64,000 nt of DNA from Antechinus flavipes (Eukaryota): NCBI RefSeq assembly GCF_016432865.1, contig NC_067401.1, positions 187,674,001 to 187,738,000 on the forward strand, read 5' to 3'. This document shows positions 1-18,736 of this stretch, piece by piece (position 1 is the first letter of the stretch; each line of letters begins with the position of its first letter). Under the pieces are notes generated by a model. That model was not told the DNA's origin and did not search any database. It was given only the letters and a program-made list of their open reading frames with translations. The position numbers and the translations under genes are program-made.

Positions 1-61
1 CATCACATATATATGTATATAGAAATCAGCTTTAATAGTGATCTAGAAAAATAGGAAGTGA

Positions 62-3000
62 TCAGAGATCTACACTATCATGGGAGTGGTGTCCTAGGCT
101 CTCTTTCAAGCCTTTCTCATTTTGTTCTCTCCATTCCTCAGTCCAGGTTTCTTGAAGACAGTCTGAATTAATGAAAAGACAGACAGTGAATATACAAGTA
201 GATATTTGTTTTTCCACCCCGCAAGGCTCAGTTTGCTCCTGAGCAACTTACCCTTCTCCTCCTTTGCAAGCACATGCCCCTCACAGAGGAATTGCTGAAG
301 TGGCAACTCCTGGTGATGAAAGTACCAGTCTTCAATGACATCTTCAAACTTCTCTAACATAAGCTCACACTGACAGGGAGAGAAGAATAGAGAAGGAGAA
401 GGAAGTTTTTGTTTCTGAGTGAAGAATTCTCAGAAATTCAAATCCATTCCCTTTAGTCACCTGTCTCTACCTTATTCCTCCCCCAATATCCGCTTCTAAG
501 AAAAGGATCCAGTCTTGTCTGTGCCCCATCCCTGGTCACTCCCATATTTGGCACTTATTGTCTTATTCTATTTCTCAAGTCCATATCCTGCTCTCTATCA
601 CAGCTCATTTTATCTTTCTGGAATGTGACATTTTCTTACCTGCTTCTTAAGGAATGAAACCTCCACGCTAGGTTCATCCCACATTTCCAAAGGGATTCCC
701 AGATCCACCTTCACACCTTTCTGTACCAAGCCTTTCAGAGTTGCCATAGTCTCACTCTGACCCTGTGGTGAAGGGAAGAGGTGAGAAGAAAGAAATAGGG
801 GACTTCTAGCAGGTCAAGCTCCTTTATTTCAATTTCTTTCTCCTCCTCCCTTCCCATTTCCACTATAATAGGATCTTTAATTGAACTTGGGGGTGGGGAT
901 GGAGTACCTAAGTAGATCAAAGGATGAGACAGAATGGAAGAGAGCATGGGATATCCCAAGGGCAGAGGTCTTGGCAGAGGATTCTAAGAGGAGGAAAATG
1001 GTACCCCGAACAGTGGGATCCTCATGGAGAAGATTCATTTTACCTTGGCATATCTTAAGGATCCCTTACGCTCAGCATGGACACTGTAATCCAGAATCTG
1101 TTCACACAGGTTCTCCAGGGCCTCCTCCAGCCGAATTTCCCTGAGGGAGATAGAGAAAGGAGACAATGGAAAAGAAATAGATTATTCATTGGGAACTGTG
1201 GGGATGAAGAAAGTTAATGATTATAGGGTTATGTTAAGAATGAAGCTGTAGAGGTACCATAACAGTAGGAAAGTCAAGGGAGACTTACGAAGTGCTGTAG
1301 GGGATCTGTCTCTTCCTCTTTCCAGTGTCTAGCACTTGCCCTAGTTCTAGCAATTCCCGAGACCGGCTGCTCCGATTCAGCTCCCCCTGAAGCTCCACGC
1401 TCAGTATTTTACAGACTGTGTGTGTGGAAAAAAACAATAGCCAGAAATATATATATATATAAATAATAATTATATAAAAAATATATATATATATAATAAT
1501 TAATAAAAAATATATATATATTTTTAAAGATACATAGCACAGTGCATTTGTGGGCAAGAAACCCAGGTTTTAGTTCTAGGCAGACTGGTGTGATAGACAA
1601 TATCCTGACTTGGTTGAAAGAAAAAAATAAGTTCAAATTCCATCTTGCACACTAGCTATCTGACTGGGCAAATCAGTTAGCCTCTCAGTCTCAGTTTCCT
1701 CATCTGTAAACTGAAGCTAATATTATCTGTAGCATCTAATTCAAACTTTAAAGTACTCTATAAAACATCGGTCATGATTATTGACATTACTAATTAGTCA
1801 TGTGACCTTTAGTAAATCATTTTATTTCCCCAGACTTAGGCTTCCCAATGAAATGGGAAAGTCAGAAAGAAATTCACTAAAGTTTATGTCAGTTCAAAAA
1901 TGTATCAGTTCCTGAGAATGGTTTGTGTAAATTAGAAGGTAGAAGAGTGGAGAAGAACAGAGGAGTCAGTTATTAGACACCAATTGAACATCTCCTTTCT
2001 TCATTATGAAAAAGGTGTTCATCCTGTTTTGGGGTACATTCACATATTATATACTGAGACTTGAGATCTCTCCTCTTCCTCCTACTCATCCCCATATAAG
2101 TGATGTTTCAGCAAAAACTGATTATTCTTTTGCTCAAATTTACTCTTCCTTCTCACATAATTACTTCCATCAATGACACCCTTGTTCATAACCTCAAAGT
2201 TCTTTCCTTTCCTCTTAAGCCATTCAGTCAGGTACCAAATCCTTTAATTCCTATCTCTGCAACATCTCCTGAATCCAGCTTATCTATTCTATACTTACTG
2301 ATGCCACAAATTCTTTCTGTTGGACTATTATAACATTCTCCTTCCAACTACAGAACTCTGACCATCACTATTTAACATTATTATTATTTTTTTTTTTTGC
2401 TGAAGCCATTGGGGTTAAATGACTTGCCCAAGATCACACAGCTAGGATGAGTTAAGTGTCTGAGACTAGATTTGAACTCAGTTCTTCCTGACTTCAGAGC
2501 TGGTGCTTTATCCACTGTGCCACCTAGCTACCTCACTACCCCACTATTTAGCATTATTAAGAGTCTACCAGGAACTATGCTATATGTTGGAGATAAAAAG
2601 AAAAACAGTCTCTGTCCTCAAAGAACTTATAAAAAGTAACATAAAAATAAATATATAAAGTAAAGTAAATACTTAGGTGGAAGAAGGCACTAGCAACTGG
2701 GGATTGAAGATAGAGAATAAAGAGAATGGGTTTGGGTCAGAATTCTCCAAGAGTTAAAGTCGGGGGGAGAGGAATAGTATAACAATCTATACAAAAAATG
2801 AAAAATAGACAGCATATGATTTTATGCCTTTACTGATTCTGTTGTTCTGTATGCCTGGAATGTGTATAAGAAGAAGGGAAAGGAATAAACATTTCTATAT
2901 TGCCTAATAGGTGCCATACACTGTGCTAAGTGCTTCACAAATATTATCTCACTTGAACCTATGATATAGGCAAAAGAAATGTTTGGGTTTTTGTACTGTT

Positions 3001-5163
3001 TTCATTCTACTTATGTCATATGGGTAGCTGGCTAGCACAATGAGTAGAAGACAAAACATGAAATCAAAACAGACCCATGTTCATATTCAGCTTCAGATAT
3101 TTACTATGTGACCTAGTTCAAGTCACTCCCAAATCTGTAATAAGGATAAAATGAGACTAAAACACTATATAAATGCTACTTGTTATTATTACTGTTAATG
3201 TCATCCTATTCTGAAGTGTTTCTGGGCTATTTAAGACAAGGCTGGGAAAAAAAAAAAAAAGACAAGGCTGGTAATGTACAGCCTTGGTAACAAATTATAT
3301 AAATTTCTTACCTTAAGAACCAGTTTAAATGGGAACAGGTTTTATCACTATAATGTTGACTATCAGGAGATGCTTTTTTTTCCCACTATAACTTTTTATA
3401 AAGACCATTTATTAAAGGAGTTATGGGAGTGGGGGAAGGTGTGTTGCTTTCTGCATTAAGGGCCATACTTAAGAAATCAAATCTTCTGAAACAAAGAATT
3501 ACATCAGTAACACTAAGTTTATCAGGGAAAAGATACTAGCTGTGTAATCACTGGCAAATCAACGTTGGGATAAAGTCCATACTGTTCACAACTTCTGCAC
3601 AGGCCAAAACTGTTTGGGGATACTGTTCCAAAACATCTCCCAGTTAGGCAATGTGACAACTACCCTATTTCTTCCTCTTTGGTTTATGGGCATCAAGGAG
3701 CAGTTGAATCACCTCCTCTCCAATAAATCAAAAGGCTTCTTTTAATTTGGAAGCTTCCAAGCTAGGGTGGGAAAGGACAAGGCATTCACAATTGTTGCCA
3801 TGTAGACTAAAAGATTTCTAAGGTCTTTTTCAATTGTAACATGCTTCTTCAACTTCAGTTACCTTCAACTTAATAGACCTGAATTACAGTTTTCATCAAT
3901 TCTAAGGCAAGAACTCAGAGGCATTAGAATTTTACACTTAAAAGGAATTGTGATTTTGTCCAGGTAGGAAATACTCCCTTTATCAATGCAGACCACAGCC
4001 CTTTTGTAGCTTAGAAGTTGGTCTTTATGAGTTAGAAAAAAAATTGTTATTGGACCAACCTAGTCATAAATTTCTCAGTTAGCTAAGCTGGTCATTTGAT
4101 GAAAAGCTAAAGAAAGAGTTTTTTGCTGAACATGTACTTGAAACCTTTCTTGTTTGGTAGAGCTTCCTACATCTTAAATCCCATCTGCATAGCATTCAAA
4201 AACATTATCTCTGCCACAGTAAGGCACTAAAATTGGGCTTTAGTGAAGGTTGGGAGCTCACAAGAGTAGTGAATTTCCTTTTTGATGGACCAAAGGACCA
4301 CTTAAATAAACTACAGTAGCAATAGCCAGTGGCCCTGGAGTCAGGAAGATCTGAATTTAAATCCAGACTCAGACCTTTAACAGCTGTGTGACCCCTGGGC
4401 AAGTTATTTAATTCTGTTTGCCTTCAATTTCCAATCGCAAAATGAATTGGAGAAAGAAAAGGCAGACCTCTCAGTCAGACAGGACTGAACAACAGCAAAC
4501 AATAACCAGTATTTATTTAGGACTTTTAATAGACAAAGTTTCTATCTATTAGAGCCTCCCTCACTACAGCCCTGAGAACAAAGGTAATACAACCATTATT
4601 ATTACCATTTTACAGAAAAGGAAAGGAAGCAAGAGAACTTTAAGAGGCTTTGTCAGTAAGTGACAGAACTTGAATTTATACCTGGGTCCAATTCCCCTAA
4701 AACCCAGAGTCCTGGAGAGGCTAAGGAAGCAGACACTGCTAAGGCAACAGCAGGGACGGTAAGAGGAATGACAGCAACTGAACTTTACCAAGTGCATCCC
4801 CCACAACAACTAGATCCATAGGTGGGATACATTCTATACCCATTTTACAGATAGGTAAGCAAGCTCAGAGAAGTTATGTGATTTATCTATTGTCACGCAG
4901 CGAGTATCAGTCTCTTCTTCCATCTCCTCTCCTTTTCCCTCTCCAGACTTCCCGCCCCTATCACAGACTCCATTCAAGGCTGTCCCAGATGCGCATTCTT
5001 AGCGCACTCCGCGGGGTGGACGGATACCTTCGCATTTGCTGGGCTGGTGTTCCTCCTCCTCCTCTTCTTTATCCTTCTGCGTCCCAAAACAGCTCCTCAA
5101 TACAAGTAAGAAGAAGCAAAAGAGCAGGAGCTGCCGCCGCCGCCACCTCCTCCACTGTCCCAT
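62..5163 (-). CDS. CNPY4: Canopy FGF signalling regulator 4 (ER saposin-like protein), 6 coding exons, 233 aa
   Basis: Exons (minus): 5028-5163, 1289-1415, 1044-1140, 640-762, 252-369, 62-162. All introns GT-AG with matching phases; 702 nt in total. Signal peptide MGQWRRWRRRQLLLFCFFLLVLRSCFG; SKCEVCK...RLEEALENLCEQILDY...DWYFHHQELPLQQFLCEGHVL match the CNPY4 family; ends HDSVDL*. Confidence 0.95.
1446..1530. repeat. AT-only low-complexity / (AT)n tract in CNPY4 intron 1
   Basis: Read directly; about 80 bp with no G or C. Confidence 0.9.
2383..2541 (-). mobile_element. Marsupial tRNA-derived CORE-SINE (WSINE1/Mar1-like) with target-site duplication
   Basis: T-tail, then gaagccattggggttaaatgacttgcccaagatcacacagctag...atccactgtgccacctagct. 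Flanked by cactatttaacattatt (2366-2382) and cactatttagcattatt (2542-2558). Confidence 0.8.
4320..4500 (+). mobile_element. Mar1/MIR-type CORE-SINE fragment
   Basis: ctggagtcaggaagatctgaatttaaatcc...ctgtgtgacccctgggcaagt core motif. Confidence 0.7.
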
Positions 5164-5830
5164 ATTAAGCTACCAAGCCCCGATGTCAGACAGTAACGAC
5201 AAGAGAAGGATTCTTTAAAAGCTAGTTTACCAGGGAGCTGGCCCTTTAAACCCAACCTGGCAAAAAGCGAGTTTGAGCTATTAGAACCTGACGGTGAGGG
5301 ACCGCGCAGACTCCGAAAATAAAAGCGCTGGAGCTAGCCTCAGGCTCACCTTCAGCGCAGGCGCAGAGGCTGTTTACTACTGCCCGGGTCCTGTCTGTGG
5401 AGAAAAAGGACAAAGAGGGAACACGGCTAAAGTACGTAGCGAAAAAAATTCCTTTTGTTCAAGGGGATATGGAAACTACAGTTTTATGGAAGCTGGTGGT
5501 GGAGGAGGATTTTTCCAGTTTGAGGAGGTAGGTTAAGGGACATTTCACTTGCCTCTGCCAGGACTTGTGAGGAAGCGTAAGGCTCAGCGAGGACCTGCGA
5601 AGGAGGCAGAGTCTTGAAATCCTGGTTCCCGCCTAGTCAGCTGATGTTGGAAGCTGGTGAAGAACCTGAGTGAGCACACTGTGAAGTTCCAGACGTCTAG
5701 GGACACGTTTTCAGGGGCTCGATAGGCAAGTTACGAATAGGTATAGTGGTCCCCAAAACTTATTGGAGGCTCCCCGCAGGGTACTCTGATGACTACCGGG
5801 ACTCTACGCGTGCGCGGGTAGGGGAAAAGC
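4880..5830. promoter_or_regulatory. CpG-enriched bidirectional promoter region of CNPY4 (-) and TAF6 (+)
   Basis: Local CpG enrichment in a CpG-poor window. CNPY4 ATG at 5163 points left. Candidate TAF6 non-coding first-exon donors at 5528 (GAG|GTAGGT), 5669 (TGA|GTGAGC) and 6107 (TAG|GTAACT). NRF1-like acgcgtgcgcg near 5806-5816. Confidence 0.7.
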
Positions 5831-7689
5831 TAGGTTATTTATTTATTTATTTTTCTTTCCTTAGGAGGTAAGAGGGAGAGCGGTCCTTTTGGAGAATTGG
5901 GGAGAGTGGGAATGCCTTGTGGCCTGTACGAGGAGTGTGGGAACTCTCGGGAGTCGTTTTCAGAGAAAATAAATGTAGGCCTCGACTTTGGCAAAATTGC
6001 TTCCTGGCCAGCTGGCGGGAAGCAGAAAGACCTGCATTCAGTCCTGCCTCTGAGGAACGCTGCCTTTGTGACACTGGTCAAGTTGTTTAACCTCTTGGTG
6101 CCCTAGGTAACTTTATAAGACGATAGGTTTCATAAAAGTACTGGCATTGGTATTCTCATTTGAGAGTTCCAAATACAATGAACTCATAGATGAAGCCCCT
6201 CTCATAACCAAATATAAGATGTAACTGTCTCAACTAAGTAGAACTTCTGAATGACTTTCTTCTCTTCCACTCATCACCTTTTTGTCCCTCACCTCTGTAA
6301 GAAAGTGAGGGAGGTGAATTTTCTCATTTCTTCTTTGGGATCAGTTTTGATCACTATAATCATTCCAAAAAAGAAAGCATGAGTTTGTTTTTTGTTTTTT
6401 GTTTTTTACATATTTGGAGTTGACCATTTTGTACTGTGGAAAGAACATACAATGGTGCTCATTTGTCCTCCCTATGGCTTTTTTTGTACCTAAGAAATTT
6501 TAAAATTAAGGAACCCTGCATTGTAGAGGTATTTGTTGATTATTGGGCAAGAATGGTTATTGTCTAGACTGCAGAGAATACTTGGGAAATATATGGGATA
6601 GTCACCGCAGGTTGGTGTTAAGTCTGGCTAAGGTTAAGTCTGGCTGAGTCCCTCAGCCCTTTCCTAGGAAAAATTGTTGAAAGAAAAGGCTAGGCTTTTA
6701 GTTTGTTGAAATGATCCTATTCCCTCTTCTTCAGTTTGGGAGGTAGTGTCAGAGGAGAGATCCCAAAATGGCACACCCGGGAAAGCTTCTGAGAAGCTTA
6801 GGGTAAGGATCTGGAATTTTCCTGAAAAAGTGCAGATCTTTATACTTGTTTTGAATTGCTGCTGTGTTCAGCTAAATTAGGTGGTAAGAGACAATAGGTG
6901 CCCATTGGGGAATTTTCTGTTCCCAGTGAGTAATAAATTCCAGGTAGGATTGGAATGGCCTTTCCAATTCAGCTGCCAAATCCAGCAAGGAGTAGAGTAG
7001 TGAAAGGGTCCAGGAACTTAGCTGTACTGAAACATGAATTGTTGAGACCAGCTCAATGGCCTCCTTGAAGAGAAGGTATGATGACAAATAGGTGGGTACT
7101 TTGATTAATAAAGTCTGTTTATTGATCTGACAGCCAGGCTTTATATATTCTTTAAGCTATCGTTACAATAATGTCTCTAAGCTACATGATGTATATTCCA
7201 TTGTTACATTCTAGCTAGACATTAATATTAAACAATAACTAGCAATAGCAATCTATGTACTGCAACATAATTATATATTGTCTAATTTGTGATGCTTTGT
7301 TCCTGTTCCATTCATTCATCACCAAACTTATTTTGAATTTATATCAAACATGTTTTCCTGATGCTTACATGTTCACATAGGTGACTTCCAGATTTATTAC
7401 ATCTTTGTGCTAGCAGCACTTGTTTGCTCTAATAGATCAAAAAATCCTATTTGTCTACTTTGGTTGCAGAAGAGTGATGAACCTGCTGCAAATCAATACA
7501 CAGCTGCACAGAGAGTATGTTACCCTCTGCATAGCTTTTTAGGAGATCTGCTTGTTACTAGCACTCTACAAATTTTGTCTATTCTCTGTGTGCATTTTTC
7601 TCACTCTGAGGTGTTACTTAATCCTGTTTGTCCCAATTCCTCATCTGTAAAATGAGCTAGAGTATCATTTTCAAGATTTTTGCCCCCAA

Positions 7690-7830
7690 ATGGTGAGCAG
7701 CTAAGTAATACAGTGGATAGAAAACCAGTCCTGGAATCAGGAAGACATGTAGTTCAAATCTGGCTTCAGACATTTGACATTGATGTGTGACCCTGGACAA
7801 GTCATTTCACGCTGATTTCCCTTCCCCCTA
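7690..7830 (+). mobile_element. Mar1/WSINE-type SINE fragment
   Basis: gagcagctaagtaatacagtggataga...ctggaatcaggaagac...gttcaaatctggcttcagac...tgtgaccctggacaagtca. Confidence 0.7.
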
Positions 7831-8179
7831 ACCCCACCCCCACAAAAAGAACACTCCAAACAGTCACTGTTGTGATACGGGAACCACCTGCCAGTGGCTG
7901 CTGGAGGTCTAACTCAGACCTGTAGAACGGATCTCTTCATGTGAGAGGATGATAATGACACAAGGAGACTGACAGGCAGTTGCGTTGTCTGATCTCTCTC
8001 CTCTTCCCTCTTGTCTCCAATTTTTTTCATTCCTAATCCACAAGGAACATCTTTGAAGGCTACTTTGCAATTCCTCCAAGTGTTATGATCCACAGCTTCG
8101 GAGGCTCTCAGAGAATTGACCTGCCCCTTCACTTAGGCATGGTCCTTAACAAGTCACAAAGAATCAAACATGGAAAAAT

Positions 8180-11100
8180 TGACTTAACTGCAAGAAATCA
8201 TGCCAAGCACTGTGCTAGATGCTAGGGACAGAAATACAAACATGAGAATGCCCCTGTTAGCTGTGAGCTTAGTTTCCTGGGGGCATACAAGACATACATA
8301 GATAATACAAGATCTATACAAAATAAAAACAATTTGGGGAGGAAGAGTGGAAAGACAGAATAATTCATTACATTTTGGTTGGAGTGCTTGTAGAGTGTGA
8401 GTGTACTCTGCAGTATCATTAGTTATAAATTGCTGTTTGACTGTGAAATGGTTTAAATGTCAAATAGAAGAGTTGTATTTGATTCTAGAGGCCACAGGAA
8501 GTCACTGAAGTTTACTGAGCATGACAGCCACGGGTTATACCTATGCTTTAGGAATGTCAGTTTAGCAATGATGTGGAAGATGGTTTGGAAAAGAGAGAAT
8601 GGATGTTGGGAGATGAGGTAATTTTTGTTTTGTCAGCTTAGTAAATATCTTTTATAGTTTTATATATAATGGAGAAGACCTAAACTTAGGGTAGTTGCAA
8701 TGTGAGATGAAGGTTATCAATGATCTTTTAATTGCCAAATCGAATATTATTTTCTCAGTTCTCATTCTTTTTGATGCCCTGCAGCCTTTTACATAGTCAT
8801 AAGAGATTTTGGACACCATTCTTATAGTCCTCCTATCTGATCACTCCTTTGTATCTTTCACTTGATTTTTGTTCTAGTCTAAGCCCACTAACTGTGGGAC
8901 ATGGCAGAACTGTCTTGAACCTTCTGCACTTATACATTATTTCACTTGATATCATTTCCCATGGATTCAATCATCTCTATGCTGATGATTCTTAAATCCA
9001 CTTATCCAGCCCTGACTGCTGACCTCTAGTTTCATGTCTCCAATTATTTAAAAGAAATCTTGAATTGGATGTCCAAACTCAACATGTCCAAAACTAAACT
9101 TATTATCCTTCCTCCAAAAAGCTTCTCTTCCAAATTTTCTCTTACTACTGAAGACATCACTGTCCTCTCAGTCACTTCGGCTCATAATTTGAGTGTCTTC
9201 AACTCCTCATTCTCTCTCACTTCGACATATCCAGTCTGTTGCCAAAGCCTCTTGCTTTTACCTTGGTAACATCTTCCTCTTATTTCTTTCTCATCTGACA
9301 CTATCATGCACTCTTACTTCAGACCTTCATCTCCTTACACACAGAATATTGCAGTAGCCTACTGATTGGTCTGCTTCCCATAAGTCTCTCCCCATTCTAG
9401 CCCATTCTCCACTCAGCTGATAAAGTACAAATATAATCCTCCCCTACTCTATAAAATCCAGTGGTTTCCTATTAATCAATAAACATTAAGTGCCTACTAT
9501 GTGCTAAGCTTAGGGGATACAAAAAGAGGCAAAAGACAGTCCTTGTCCTCCAAGAGCTTATAATCTTATAGGGGAGGCAACATGCAAACGAATATGTACA
9601 AAACGAACTATATACAGGATAAAAAGGAAATTAACAGAGGACAATAGAATTAAAAGATTGGGAAAAGCTTTTGGTAAAAGGTGGTATTTTAGTTGCAACT
9701 TAAAGAAAGCGAGATCAATAATTGGGAAAGATGGAGCATCTTGTTCACAGAATAGCTATGAGACTAGTGTCATTAGATTCACATCTTTATTCATGACTCA
9801 AATCTTCACATTTTAGCCTCTCTCCTTTTTCACTTTCTAATATGACACCTTCAACTGTCTGCTGGCTATCTCCACCTAGATAATGTCCCATAGGAATCTC
9901 TAAATTCAACATCTCCAAAAAAAGAATCATTTTTTCCAGTAAACCAACTCTTCCTGCTATTTTTTCAACAAGTATTATCTAGAAGCATTTAGAGCTCATT
10001 TGAGATTATATTAACAGTAACAGTAATGAGGACAGTGTTCTTGGGAAAATACCTTGTGTACTAGGATTTAGTAGGATATAGATGATGGACCTGCAAAGTA
10101 GACTGAGGACTATTGAGAAGAGGAATGATATAGAGAAATGTCAGGAAAATCCAGAGAAGAGAATTTCTAAAAGTGAAATGGTTAGTAATGTAAAAGTTGC
10201 TGAAAGGTAAAAGAAAAAGGCAACATAAAGATTGAAAAGAGGTTCATTGAAAACATTGCTAATCTTGTCCTGAGCAGTTACAATGGAGTCAGAACCCTGC
10301 CTACAGGGGATTAAGATCTAAATGGGAGATGAGGAAATGGAGTCAAAAGACTGATGACGATTTCTAGGTTTTGGGTTTTGTTTTTTTTGTTTTTAGACTG
10401 GTAAAAGAAGTTTATTGGCATTGGGAAGTCAGCCTTTGCTATGCATAAATAGAAAGACTGACTTCCTTGGTGGCAAGGTAAAGTTTCTTAGCTATTTCTA
10501 GTTTAGTTGTGAAAGGAGATATTTGGAATGATAGATTGAAGTGATGGACGGGGTCAAGTAAAAATTTTTATGGCTAAAATTACCATTTTTAGGTAATAGG
10601 AAAGGAGCCAATAAAGATTAGAGGAAGGAGTGATAGACATTGGTAAGGAAAAGGACCCCCTCAATCTTAGAGTGGAGCAAAGAATGTTGTCAAGATTATT
10701 AAATCTGAGTAGAAGCACAGGATGGAAAGTTTCATTTTTTTTTTTTTTTTTTTGGTAAGTGAAATATGATTTGAGGTCCTCTGATTAGAGGAAAGAAGGG
10801 TTTAGGGGTTTGCTAGTATGTTGAGAAAAGGTTTGAAACAGACACTGAGGAATTCACTAGAAAATCAGAAAATACTGGTGCAATAATGATGTGGTGCAAT
10901 AGTAGCCTGGTCAAAATTACTTAAATACTTGGATGACCCAGTCCAAACATGGTTAAGAGTTAGGGGTGGATTCATTGGAATGTAAACTCCTTGAGAGATT
11001 ACATTGGAAATAGTTCAGCAACAACAGAACATTGAGGGTAGGTGATTCAAAGGCTGAGGATATTAACAGTGTGGTCAAATTTTAAAGGGAGGAGTATGAG

Positions 11101-11200
11101 GATGAGCAGGCAAGAATGGAAGGACTGGAATTTGAGCTAAGAGAAATTTCATTTATGGATTGTGGAGGCAATTAGCAAGTGTTTATTGTTGTGTAGAACA
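8180..11200. mobile_element. Degraded L2 LINE fragments in both orientations (TAF6 intron 1)
   Basis: L2-typical strings such as actcaacatgtccaaaactaaact and aaacattaagtgcctactatgtgctaagc. Boundaries approximate. Confidence 0.55.
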
Positions 11201-11657
11201 CTGGTTACTTTTCTTCTATAAGAACAAGTCTCATTGTCTTAAGGGAATAAAATGTGAAATCACTTTATAAGGCCAATCTTTCTCCATCCTAACAAGAAGT
11301 TTAATGGATTAGCAAGTAAATTTATATACATGTATAATCCTTTTTTTGATCCACTACAGATAGTAAGTTCCTTGAAGGTAGGAAAGCGTCATCTTTGTAT
11401 CTCTGGCACCAAGCATAAGCCTTGCACATAGTAAATATGTATTAAGTAATGAAAATTGTATTTGCTGTTATCTTTTCCTAACTCTAGATAGAGCTTTTGG
11501 AAAATATTTTACCCTATCACCTACCTCTGTCCTTTTTCATTCTTTGGGTCTTTCCCATTCTTTAGTTCAGTTCCCAACACTATAAGGTTATTTTTTTTTT
11601 CCTGTCCCCCTCCCCTGTCTTCTCCTTCTAATCTCAATTTCTCCATCTCTTTTGTAG

Positions 11658-18416
<6,759 letters not shown>

Positions 18417-18584
18417 AGGCTTCAGACAAAGACTCCTACAAAATGATATTCTCATACTCAAATATGAATTTTCATTCATTATTACATTTTGGTTTGGGAT
18501 AAGGAGTGATTATCCCCATAAAACTCACCTTACCCCATCAGCAATCTTCGGATATATGTCCCATTGTACAGATCCCTCCCCTTA

Positions 18585-18590
18585 AATAAA
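18585..18590 (+). terminator. Probable TAF6 polyadenylation signal AATAAA
   Basis: AATAAA about 170 nt after the TAF6 stop codon. Confidence 0.7.
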
Positions 18591-18736
18591 GCAGTTCAGT
18601 TTTATCTACCTGAGTTCTTAAGTCAAGAAAAAAGACTACAATCAGATTCTCATTACCCTGCCAGCAATGGTGAAAGGAATACACCATCACTATTCCTTTC
18701 CAGAAACGAGGTTGACATAGCATTCTCATTTGGGTC

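Noticed and set aside
5018-5027. CNPY4 intron 1 donor GTATCCGT as a U12 site
   Set aside because: +7 is G, not T, and there is no CCTTAAC branch motif near the acceptor, which has a normal pyrimidine tract; treated as U2.
7472-7610. C/D-box-like pair AGTGATGA...CTGA in TAF6 intron 1
   Set aside because: No terminal stem or recognisable rRNA/snRNA antisense element; such motifs are frequent by chance.
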